Shown here piece by piece: positions 16,515 through 25,204 of a stretch of 45,226 nt of DNA. The translations under genes were made by a program, and so were the position numbers. Each line of letters starts with the position of its first letter. Positions within the stretch are counted from its first letter, which is position 1. Source of the stretch: an uncultured Bacteroidales bacterium (GTDB lineage Bacteria; Bacteroidota; Bacteroidia; Bacteroidales; UBA932); contig ONNK01000004.1 in the NCBI GenBank assembly GCA_900319185.1, forward strand, positions 1 through 45,226, written 5' to 3'. The notes beneath the pieces were generated by a model. That model was not told the DNA's origin. It saw nothing but the letters and a program-made list of their open reading frames with translations, and ran no database searches.

Positions 16515-18167
16515 TTACCTGAAGGAACGGTTACCCTTCATCTCAAGTAGTTTCATGAAAAGCGCCTCATCTGGGGCATTCGCAGCCTTTATCTCCTTGC
16601 GGAAGCGGGATCGGACCATCTTGAGACTCTCAATGGAGACCCGGTTCATGACCAACTGAACCGTGCTGTACGGCAAACCGGCGAAGAATAGCGTGATAAG
16701 CTTTAGATTATCTCCCTTGATGGACGGGACCTGAGTGCGGAGTTTGGACATCACCCCATCGCAATAGCGGTCCAGATCCTTTTCTAGGGAGGCGAACAAG
16801 TCTTTGTCCGTCCGCATGGCGGCGATCTCTTCTTTGAACTCTCTCAATGCGGCAATTCTTTCCTTGTCGCTATCTGCGCGGACATAGTCTTCAGAGAGCC
16901 TGTCGAGATGGTTGAGTTTTTCGCTGAACAGCGAGCCCAACAGAGAGGCACTAGTCTGCTCCGCTTGCCGGAGTTCCTCCTGCGCGATGGAGAGATTGAG
17001 CATCTGCTCTTTGATCTCCTGCTCCTTGCGCTTCCGGTACGACAGCGTCGCACCGGACAGCAGGGCCAGGGCGAGCAGGGCGGCGGCTGCGCCAAGGCGG
17101 TTACGCTCGCGCAGCCGCTTCGCCCTCTCTTCCTGTAGCTGCGACTCTGCCTTGTAGTAATCTCTCTGCGCGTTGCTTACAGACTGCTGGAGCAGGACTC
17201 GAGTTAATGAGTCTTGGACAAATGCCGCTTTGCGGGTCATCTGATATGCGGAAAGATCGTTTCCTTTTAGATGCATCGCTTTGGCATGTATAAAACTAAT
17301 GGCAGCAGAATCGGCTTGATCTCTACATAATGCATAGGCTTCGGCGAAGTAATGGTCTGCCGAATCAAGTTGCCCCGTTGATTCTAACGCTAAAGCATAT
17401 CTCCCAAAACTCAAAGAACTCATATAAGATAGAGGGACGCGTTTATAGAGATGTATTGCTTCTTCTGGCATGCCTTTGGACTCAATAATTATGTTCGCCC
17501 TCTGGAGCAAACATAAGGATCTGATAGACTGTGGAATATCTTCTTGTTCAAGTTCATCCAAAACTATCGTAGCATTTTCATAATCTTGATTGTTTGTATA
17601 GCAAATTGCCAGCCCCAACTCTGCATAATGGGCATAGTCGGGATTATCTAAAAATCGAAAATGAAAGACGGCTTGTTTAAGACAATCTAAGGATGACAAA
17701 TAGTCATTGGTTTTGTTAAAAATGTCTCCCTTTGCCCTATAAATAAGACCCGCATAAAGATGATCTTCAAGGATTAGTGCATCTTTTTCTGCTTTTTCCA
17801 ACGCAATGGTGGAAGCTGTATATTCTTGAGCATTATTCAAGACAAGGCCGTGATAATAGCTTGACATCATGCGATAGCGCAGATTGTTTCGGGCAGAATA
17901 GTAGTCAACGGCTGATTTTATTAAGGAATCAGAGGATATTACGACATAATTCTTGTCCAGCGCAGCACTCATTAGTAGCGCATAGCGGGCTTTCTCTTTA
18001 CGCGTCAACGTATTATTCATTTCTATTGACTTCATGATGATCAGACAACTATCCGGCTTCGTCTGAAACAGCGATTCTGCCCGGTCGAGTAGCTTACTCA
18101 CGCCCGTATTGACACAAGACGGAATTAGAATGGATACAATAACTGAAATGAATAATACTTTCTTCAT
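16515..18167 (-). CDS. Membrane-spanning one-component regulator: periplasmic TPR-like sensor, TM helix, coiled coil, C-terminal HTH-like domain
   Basis: Signal/lipobox IPSC; ALDKNY..SDSLI...VDYY helical repeats; TM near residue 360; tail LFFAGLPYSTVQLVM...SLKMVRSRFRKEI. Confidence 0.75.
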   Translation of the reverse strand: MKKVLFISVIVSILIPSCVNTGVSKLLDRAESLFQTKPDSCLIIMKSIEMNNTLTRKEKARYALLMSAALDKNYVVISSDSLIKSAVDYYSARNNLRYRMMSSYYHGLVLNNAQEYTASTIALEKAEKDALILEDHLYAGLIYRAKGDIFNKTNDYLSSLDCLKQAVFHFRFLDNPDYAHYAELGLAICYTNNQDYENATIVLDELEQEDIPQSIRSLCLLQRANIIIESKGMPEEAIHLYKRVPLSYMSSLSFGRYALALESTGQLDSADHYFAEAYALCRDQADSAAISFIHAKAMHLKGNDLSAYQMTRKAAFVQDSLTRVLLQQSVSNAQRDYYKAESQLQEERAKRLRERNRLGAAAALLALALLSGATLSYRKRKEQEIKEQMLNLSIAQEELRQAEQTSASLLGSLFSEKLNHLDRLSEDYVRADSDKERIAALREFKEEIAAMRTDKDLFASLEKDLDRYCDGVMSKLRTQVPSIKGDNLKLITLFFAGLPYSTVQLVMNRVSIESLKMVRSRFRKEIKAANAPDEALFMKLLEMKGNRSFR

Positions 18168-18355
18168 GACTTTTCTTTATTCAAAAATAGCGTTTAAATG
18201 CGAATTATAGATCATATCTGCAAAAGTGTTACCAAGAATTATCGATAACTCTCTCATTATTTGGGATTTAAGATGGGAACAGTGTTACCGCTTTCTATTT
18301 GTCAATAATAGAGTGATTCTGATATTTGTAAGGTAAGCACTAACAACCAAACAAA

Positions 18356-18745
18356 ATGAATCAAAAATTACTAATTCTGATTACACTCTGCATAATAGCA
18401 AGGTGTTTGATGGGAGGGCATTCTTATGCTTCACCGGTAAAACAAAACGACGGAGAAACAATAGCGATTCGTGCAGATTCCGTCGTTCCTCCTGGCGCAC
18501 CCCACGCGCCCGTCTATAATCCGTTCTTTGCAACGTTGGAAAGTGGGTTTGTACTACTGGGCAGTTCTTCTTATTTCGGGGTTGTAGATGTCAGTCTTAC
18601 ATCTACGGCTGGGGACGATTACTCAACGGTGTTTGACACCGCCGATGGAACCATCATCATCCCAGTCAGTGGATACGCGGGTGACTACACCCTCCTCATC
18701 ATGACAGCCTCCGGACTTGAATATGTCGGAGAGTTCAGTATTTAA
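18356..18745 (+). CDS. Small exported Ig-like protein (DUF3244-like)
   Basis: Signal peptide and C-terminal GDYTLLIMTASGLEYVGEFSI pattern; divergent from the TPR regulator. Confidence 0.65.
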   Translation: MNQKLLILITLCIIARCLMGGHSYASPVKQNDGETIAIRADSVVPPGAPHAPVYNPFFATLESGFVLLGSSSYFGVVDVSLTSTAGDDYSTVFDTADGTIIIPVSGYAGDYTLLIMTASGLEYVGEFSI

Positions 18746-18795
18746 TGCTGTTCAAACCAAAATATGTATTATTTTTGTAATTAGGCGATTGATTT

Positions 18796-20235
18796 ATGAA
18801 AAGGATTCTATCAGTTCTTATAATAATGTCTTTTTTTGCCTGTCAAAAAGAACAGGATGTTTTTGTGGACGGTTTCTCAAATGTCACAAAGGCACCAACA
18901 GCCATAGATAGTGGAACAGAAAAATATAATGTTTCAATCTCTGATGCAAAAAGATACTCTGATTTGCGGTATCCTGATGCGGAATACTCATTGACTCCAT
19001 ATGTGGTTGGACGTGACACTTTGATGTATATCTTCAACTATGATGAAGGGTGGATGGTCGTCTCGGGAGATAGAAGGGTGACACCGGTCATTGCAGTAAG
19101 TCTGGAAGGGGCGCTTGACATGAATGAAAAGAAAGAGTTTGTTTTTTATCTACAAACTATTGCAGAAGACATTGCATCCATAAAGAAAGACGACTCTTTT
19201 GTTGACAAAGATATGGTTCAGTTATGGGACCGAATCTCCCCGACGCGCTACTTTGGACAGAAGACCAGCATACAGACAAAAGCTTACGAACCCCGGTGGG
19301 TGGTTCGAACTTTTATGATCAGTGATTATTCTAGTTGGACTACGGATGTCGACCATTTGATTGATACAAAATGGGGACAGGGCTATCCTTGGAACCAAAA
19401 GTTGCCTCGAGATTCCGGAACTCCCCAGTCTTTCGACCCTTATGAGTTAGTTTATGACCATGAAAGGTGTGTGACAGGTTGCGTATCTGTTGCCATTGCA
19501 CAGGTGCTGTTCTATTTGCATCATACGTTTGGCTTCCCGACTCACCTTTATCAATCTATTCAGTGTTCGTATCCCAGCGTTTTTTCCCCTGCATCCGATG
19601 TTGGTTTTTCCCGTGGTTGGTATGTTGACGACTCGGACTATTGGGACTATATGCAATCAGAGTCGAATCCTTATGGAAACTGTGTATATGTGGGAGATTT
19701 GATGCTGGATATCGGAAACCGGTTCGGAATGGAATATGGAGGTCCGTCTGCAGGTGGAAGTGGTACCGTTTTGTACAATCATTACTCTGCCTTGTCATAC
19801 TATGATATAACCTGTTCAGTAAGTAATCACTCTGTCAGCACGGTCAGGGCTAACTTATTGAATGGACTACCCGTTATTGTTACGGCAGATAATAGTGATG
19901 AGACGATATCACATGCATGGATAATTGACGGGATTATAACAGAAGCTCATCAATACTATTATGTAAGGATGGTAGAATACACATATGATTGGACAGAAGA
20001 AGATGAAACATATACTGATTTCTCGGAGATTCAGCGTCGTTATGGATTTCAAGTTGGGCAGACAGTTCAGTATTTCCAGGAGAGTGGCCCTTCGGTTTAT
20101 TTATACTATATGAATTGGGGAGAAGACGGGGATGGAGACAATACTGCATTATATGCATCATCCAGTTGGTATTATAACAGCCAGAGTGTGTTTAGTAAAA
20201 ACAAAAGAATTTATTATGGCTTTACGGAACTTTAA
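18796..20235 (+). CDS. C10 family (streptopain-like) cysteine peptidase lipoprotein with propeptide
   Basis: Lipobox FFAC; propeptide MYIFNYDEGWMVVSGDRR; TKWGQGYPWN, TGCVSVAIAQ (catalytic Cys), HAWIIDG (His), YMNWG. Confidence 0.9.
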   Translation: MKRILSVLIIMSFFACQKEQDVFVDGFSNVTKAPTAIDSGTEKYNVSISDAKRYSDLRYPDAEYSLTPYVVGRDTLMYIFNYDEGWMVVSGDRRVTPVIAVSLEGALDMNEKKEFVFYLQTIAEDIASIKKDDSFVDKDMVQLWDRISPTRYFGQKTSIQTKAYEPRWVVRTFMISDYSSWTTDVDHLIDTKWGQGYPWNQKLPRDSGTPQSFDPYELVYDHERCVTGCVSVAIAQVLFYLHHTFGFPTHLYQSIQCSYPSVFSPASDVGFSRGWYVDDSDYWDYMQSESNPYGNCVYVGDLMLDIGNRFGMEYGGPSAGGSGTVLYNHYSALSYYDITCSVSNHSVSTVRANLLNGLPVIVTADNSDETISHAWIIDGIITEAHQYYYVRMVEYTYDWTEEDETYTDFSEIQRRYGFQVGQTVQYFQESGPSVYLYYMNWGEDGDGDNTALYASSSWYYNSQSVFSKNKRIYYGFTEL

Positions 20236-20271
20236 ATCAACTATTATGGCTTTACGGAACTTTAAATCAAC
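20212..20271 (+). repeat. Perfect 30-bp tandem duplication
   Basis: tattatggctttacggaactttaaatcaac occurs twice in direct tandem. Confidence 0.95.
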
Positions 20272-21103
20272 ACTGTATACAGTGTTCTTTGCGATGCTTT
20301 GCTCCTGCAACTCCTTGGATCATGGGCACGAAATGGTTCAGAATAGCATAGGTGCGAACATTGCTTTATGCAATCGTGAGTGCAACGTCCTTCTTTTTGA
20401 CAATCTTCGACTTGTAGAAATAGTACCAGTTGCGAATACCGATATGTATGACCGTGTATATGAGCCCGATATTAAAGATAAAGGGCCGATTTCTGCTGAC
20501 AGCCTGTTCATCCTGGCGGGTGTGTTTCACAAGGATTATACTGATTTCAGGAACGACGTCTTTACTGATAAGGGGCGAACAAAGAATGCACTGATGAGCG
20601 AAAGAATTCCTGGGGACCCCTCAATGGAGCAACAAATAAAGGAGTACATAATAAGTCGGAGAGAGCCCCGTCAAAAAGGTTTAATAGGAGGAGGAGTCAC
20701 ATTTGCACCTATTGATACGGATTTTGGTGATGTGACAACTTATCCCTTAGAATATAGGACGGCGGGGTGCACCTCTATAACAATAACCTCTACTAAAACC
20801 CTTTTCGGCCGGGAAGCAGGTTCCGATATTTCCGACATGTTTGAGCTGATTCCGGACTCATGTGGGGATTATAGTGTTTATTTGTTCAATTATGATAGTA
20901 AGGCTTTGCTGGGGAAGATGGGATATGATGGTATGAGCATCAAGGATTATCTGGCATTGAGGCCGACAGTACTTCCTATCTGCCTTTACCACATGACGCA
21001 AAGCCCCGAGGAAGCTCCTATCGAGACCGACATAACAATTGATATCGGCATGGCCGATGGCAAGCATGTGAGCGCGACAACACATGTGAGCATAAAGGGT
21101 TAA
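20246..21103 (+). CDS. Hypothetical lipoprotein
   Basis: MALRNFKSTLYTVFFAMLCSC lipoprotein signal; an alternative in-frame start at 20216 lies in the first repeat copy. Confidence 0.65.
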   Translation: MALRNFKSTLYTVFFAMLCSCNSLDHGHEMVQNSIGANIALCNRECNVLLFDNLRLVEIVPVANTDMYDRVYEPDIKDKGPISADSLFILAGVFHKDYTDFRNDVFTDKGRTKNALMSERIPGDPSMEQQIKEYIISRREPRQKGLIGGGVTFAPIDTDFGDVTTYPLEYRTAGCTSITITSTKTLFGREAGSDISDMFELIPDSCGDYSVYLFNYDSKALLGKMGYDGMSIKDYLALRPTVLPICLYHMTQSPEEAPIETDITIDIGMADGKHVSATTHVSIKG

Positions 21104-21168
21104 GAGACTCATTTCTTTCGATAAATACTGTTATAGTAAGATACTTTTAAATAACAATCTTTCCGAAT

Positions 21169-21864
21169 ATGCAACTCTCAAGAGATGAGATGTATAAGGT
21201 AATTTGCTTTATCGTTACTCCTAGTAGCGGAAAATGTGGGACAGGATGTTTCATAGAAAAAGACTCTATTCCTTATTTTGTTACGGCAGAACATGTCAAA
21301 AGAGACATCCTTCCGGATACAATAATAGTATTTGGCGAGGCTAATTCGGCAAATCATCAGGTCATTCTGTCTGGAATAACTGTCGGGGACTGGATTCTTC
21401 ATCCAGTTGCGGATATTGCTGCAATAAAACTTGATGCCAACAAACTTGACTCGAAGTATCGTAATAGATTCTTCCCTTTTTCTCAGATTGTTTCATCCCC
21501 TGTTCCTTTATCAAGAGATCGGGAACTCACAGTCGCTGGTTTCCCAGGTGGATTGGGAACGACTTTTACAGGATCATCAAAGTTTAGTCCTTTGACATTC
21601 CGGTCATTTGCTTCGTCAAGCTATTTATCGTTTCCTAGAGCGGATAATGGTAAAATGAGCGACTTTTTTTGCCTTGAAAACCCTGCAATGGGAGGATATA
21701 GCGGCGGTCCTATATTTGATATGGGGTATGTTTCAACTCCTGCTATGATTCAAGAATATGGTGAAACAACCATATGGGGATTTGTTCATGGAACGATGAA
21801 TGATAATACGGGCGGAAAGATAGCAATGGTAACTCCTGGCTACTACCTCAAGGATATTATTTAA
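21169..21864 (+). CDS. Trypsin-like serine protease without a signal peptide
   Basis: Catalytic triad motifs VTAEHV, ADIAAI and GGYSGGP. Confidence 0.85.
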   Translation: MQLSRDEMYKVICFIVTPSSGKCGTGCFIEKDSIPYFVTAEHVKRDILPDTIIVFGEANSANHQVILSGITVGDWILHPVADIAAIKLDANKLDSKYRNRFFPFSQIVSSPVPLSRDRELTVAGFPGGLGTTFTGSSKFSPLTFRSFASSSYLSFPRADNGKMSDFFCLENPAMGGYSGGPIFDMGYVSTPAMIQEYGETTIWGFVHGTMNDNTGGKIAMVTPGYYLKDII

Positions 21865-21893
21865 GGGAACGATATACTAGTTTACACTAAATG

Positions 21894-21927
21894 AAAAAAA
21901 CGCATCCTATTCGGGTGCGTTTTTTTT
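21894..21927. terminator. Bidirectional intrinsic terminator
   Basis: aaaaaaacgcatcc-tattc-gggtgcgttttttt stem flanked by A and T runs. Confidence 0.75.
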
Positions 21928-21948
21928 CTGCTTCCAACTCCTTAATGT

Positions 21949-22587
21949 ATGCTTTGCTTTCTTCATCATATAGAGGGGAGTCGCCTAACTCATGAGCAGA
22001 CCCGTTTAATCTTCGAAACAAATACAATAGGCATTACAAATGAAAGTATCAATGTCGATGATATCGTCGAGACCACAAACCATTTCCGTTGCATAGACCT
22101 TATCATAGACCGGGCAGAGGAGAAACTTTCAGGGCCATTTATTAAAGAGATTCACAGAATACTTAAGACCGGGACATCCGATAGTCTCAAGTCATGGTTC
22201 AACGTAGGAGATTATAAAAAGTTGCCTAATGAGGTAGGCGGGAATGCCACCTGCCCTCCTGAAGAGGTCCATGCAAGGATGAAAGCCCTTCTTTCTGCAT
22301 ACAACGCAAAGTCGCCCAAGGCGTTAGTGGATATTATTGATTTCCACCAGAAGTTTGAAGCAATCCATCCGTTCCAGGATGGAAACGGAAGGGTAGGAAG
22401 ACTTGTTATGTTCAAGGAATGCCTGGCAAACGGAATAGTACCGTATATTATTACTGAGGAGCTTAAGTTTTTCTATTATAGAGGCCTTAGAGAGTGGGGA
22501 CATATTAACGGTTATCTTACGGATACCTGTCTTTCGGCGCAGGACAATTATAAAGTGTTACTTGATTACTTTAAGATCAAGTATTAA
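21949..22587 (+). CDS. Fic family protein, probably 5' truncated
   Basis: HPFQDGNGRVGR Fic motif; begins abruptly at HIEGSRLT, where homologs normally have an upstream ...NSNHIEG region. Confidence 0.85.
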   Translation: MLCFLHHIEGSRLTHEQTRLIFETNTIGITNESINVDDIVETTNHFRCIDLIIDRAEEKLSGPFIKEIHRILKTGTSDSLKSWFNVGDYKKLPNEVGGNATCPPEEVHARMKALLSAYNAKSPKALVDIIDFHQKFEAIHPFQDGNGRVGRLVMFKECLANGIVPYIITEELKFFYYRGLREWGHINGYLTDTCLSAQDNYKVLLDYFKIKY

Positions 22588-22706
22588 TATGAAACTATTG
22601 GTTGTTATCTGTGGGCTGGATTGCGAAAAAAGTGACGTATACATTGCCACTAAGAAGGCACCCATATACGTGAAGGCCCGGCCGTCAAGGGCCGGGCGAA
22701 ATCGCG

Positions 22707-22790
22707 TGCCCGAGGCGGGACTCGAACCCGCACATCTTTAAAGGACAATGGATTTTGAGTCCATCGCGTCTACCATTCCGCCACTCGGGC
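22707..22790 (-). tRNA. tRNA-Leu(CAA)
   Basis: Acceptor stem gcccgag/ctcgggc, anticodon arm atgga-ctCAAaa-tccat, long variable arm, GGTTCGAGTCC T-loop. Confidence 0.95.
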
Positions 22791-22808
22791 AGTGGGTTGT
22801 GGACGGTG

Positions 22809-22816
22809 CAAAGGTA
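22809..22816 (-). promoter_or_regulatory. -7 promoter element (TACCTTTG) for tRNA-Leu
   Basis: TAnnTTTG 18 bp upstream of the tRNA. Confidence 0.6.
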
Positions 22817-22882
22817 TGGATTTTTCCACGATTATCAAATAAATTCCTTATCTTGTCATTCTAATGCTTCTGGAAAGGAATT

Positions 22883-25201
22883 ATGGGAATCGGTAGATAT
22901 CTCTTCGCCGTGTTGAGTGCTGCGGCGCTGCTCCTGACTTCGCAGGCCGGCGCGACGAAGTATCTTGAGCTGAAGGTGATTGACAAGGATTACCTGTGCG
23001 TGCATTTCCGGGACGGGGAGGTTCGGTATCGGGACAGCGGCACGGGCGAGAGCGCATATCTGGGACATACGTTTGTCGAGGGGGACGATACGCTGGTGGT
23101 GTTCGGCCGCAGGCTGGATCCGGCCGCGGCGGCGGATGCCGGCGCCTGGACGGTCAGTTCGAAGGACGATAAGTCCTTCGGTTCGCGTGCGGTCGCCGAG
23201 GCCTGGCGCAAGTCCAAGCCGATGAATACCGACAATACCCTGACCAGCGAACTTGACCACTGGATCTTCCTGAAGCTTCCTAGGTCTATGAAGCAGGGGT
23301 GCACATATACAGTCACCATTCCCGCGGGAGTCGGGAGTGATGTGTCAGAAGGGAGCGTATGCTTCGATATCTGGAATGCGATGTCCGAGTCTGTCCATGT
23401 CAATATACTGGGCTATCTGCCCTCCGAGCCGGTCAAGGAAGCCGACCTCTATCTATGGCTCGGAGAGGGCGGCGGACGCGATTACAAGTCTTTCCAGGGC
23501 AAAGGCGTATATCTCTACAATATCGCTACCGGATCCAAGAAGAAAGTCGGGACCGTCAAGTACTGGAAGCCGCAGTCGGCCTCGTCGGCCGAGGCGGGCG
23601 GCAAGGACCTGACCGGCTCCGACGTGTGGAACATCGACTTCAAGGAGTCGGAGCCGGGCCGATATCGCCTTGTGGTGGAGGATGTGGGCTGCAGCATGGA
23701 CTTCGACATAGCGGATGACGTGTATTTCCAGCCGTACCGGTACTCGGTGCGGGGATATTACTACATGAGGCTGGGAGAGCCGATAGACCCTTCGGTGAGT
23801 CCTGTGCCTCGCCAGCCGCAGTTCATTCCCGAGGAGGATCCGGTAGGGTTCACGGTCTATAAGACCGACCTTCAGCCCTGGCATCCGGACTGGCGCAGGC
23901 TGCGCGGCGACGTCTGGGACGAGCCGCATTTCAAACCGGCGCTGGAGTCGGCGTTCTGGCAGCACAGGCTGCCGGGCAATCCCGTCAACACCGAAGTGCG
24001 CGGAGGGCATTCCGATGCCTTCGACTGGGACCGCCATCTGGCGCATGTGAGCAATATCTACGATATGCTGCTGCCTTATCTCCTGACAGGAGGCCGTATC
24101 AGCGAGGATGATCTCGGCATCCGCGAGAGCGGGAACGGCATCCCGGACATCATAGACGAGGCCCGCAACGAGGTGGACTTCTTCCTGAGCATAAGGGACG
24201 GGGAGGCTTATTCACAGGGAGTTACCAATCCTTCGAAAGAATGGACAATCATGTTCCAGGCCGGGTGTACTACCATGGCGGCCTGGGCCAATGCCGCCAA
24301 CTGCGCGATGCTCGCGGAGGCTTTCCGCGTCGCGGGCAATGACTCCCTTCAGGTGTATTACCGCGACGAGGCCGTAAAGGCCTTCCGCTTCGCTTCGCGC
24401 CAGGAAGACCTCCAGCTGGACGTCCTCCAGGATGTCGGCAGCGCCCGCATGAGGGGGCGTGACTTCCGCCAGCAGGCCGCAGCCTTCCTGTATAATGTCA
24501 CCGGTGAGCGGGAATGGGAGGATATAATGGCGGAAGAGAGTATGATCAAGGGTCCTAAGTCGGAATTGTTCAACAAGGGCCGCATGGGGGGCTTCTACCA
24601 GATTTGGGCGGCTGCCGCGTATCTGGTTTGTCCGCAGGAGAGGCATTATCCCCAGCTTTATGCCGATCTGGTATCGAGCGTGGATGCGCAGGCCGATGCG
24701 AACAATGTGAGCCTGATGGCCCTGCGCCCGTCGCGGCGCGCGGCCAACGATGCCCGCTGGCAGACTTCGGAGAACCTCCAGCTGGTGATGATGGCCCACT
24801 ATGTGGCTTCTTCGCCTATTAGGCGGGCCGAGTTGGAGCGTGCGATGTATAGCGAGGCCGGCTGGGGTCTTGGCCGCAATCCTTCCAATACCGTGGAAAT
24901 GACTGGTCTGGGGGAGCGTCACATCACCGACTGCTACTCCTCCGGCCGCAACGACGGCGTGCCCGGGACGCATCCGGGCCAGACGCCGTTCAACGGCACG
25001 GAGACATGGTCCCGCGGGAATGGCGGCGACGCCCGGATCATCCTCGACCGCTGCTACCCGTCATGGAATGACGGAGGCTGGCCGCGTCAGGAGTCATTCT
25101 TCAACATCCGTTACATGTGGGTGAACGGCGAGTTCACTCCGCGCGAGACGATGAGGGGCAAGATGGCCCTGCTTGGTTACCTTTACGGAATACGACCTTA
25201 G
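22883..25201 (+). CDS. Glycoside hydrolase family 9 with N-terminal Ig-like domains
   Basis: Signal peptide; GGHSDAFDWDRH, ESGNGIPDIIDEARNEVDF, LGRNP and C-terminal NGEFT motifs. Confidence 0.8.
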   Translation: MGIGRYLFAVLSAAALLLTSQAGATKYLELKVIDKDYLCVHFRDGEVRYRDSGTGESAYLGHTFVEGDDTLVVFGRRLDPAAAADAGAWTVSSKDDKSFGSRAVAEAWRKSKPMNTDNTLTSELDHWIFLKLPRSMKQGCTYTVTIPAGVGSDVSEGSVCFDIWNAMSESVHVNILGYLPSEPVKEADLYLWLGEGGGRDYKSFQGKGVYLYNIATGSKKKVGTVKYWKPQSASSAEAGGKDLTGSDVWNIDFKESEPGRYRLVVEDVGCSMDFDIADDVYFQPYRYSVRGYYYMRLGEPIDPSVSPVPRQPQFIPEEDPVGFTVYKTDLQPWHPDWRRLRGDVWDEPHFKPALESAFWQHRLPGNPVNTEVRGGHSDAFDWDRHLAHVSNIYDMLLPYLLTGGRISEDDLGIRESGNGIPDIIDEARNEVDFFLSIRDGEAYSQGVTNPSKEWTIMFQAGCTTMAAWANAANCAMLAEAFRVAGNDSLQVYYRDEAVKAFRFASRQEDLQLDVLQDVGSARMRGRDFRQQAAAFLYNVTGEREWEDIMAEESMIKGPKSELFNKGRMGGFYQIWAAAAYLVCPQERHYPQLYADLVSSVDAQADANNVSLMALRPSRRAANDARWQTSENLQLVMMAHYVASSPIRRAELERAMYSEAGWGLGRNPSNTVEMTGLGERHITDCYSSGRNDGVPGTHPGQTPFNGTETWSRGNGGDARIILDRCYPSWNDGGWPRQESFFNIRYMWVNGEFTPRETMRGKMALLGYLYGIRP

Positions 25202-25204
25202 GAT

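Larger units (their letters stand above)
7060..22700. mobile_element. Accessory genomic island adjacent to the 3' end of tRNA-Leu(CAA); no integrase seen
   Basis: Visibly AT-richer from ~10.3 to 22.6 kb; toxin/immunity, Bro-N and Fic cargo; dispersed repeats; abuts a tRNA. Left boundary is approximate. Confidence 0.55.

Noticed and set aside
22590-22790. Integrase and att direct repeat for the island
   Set aside because: No integrase ORF was found, and I could not find a direct repeat of the tRNA 3' end by eye, so current mobility is unsupported.
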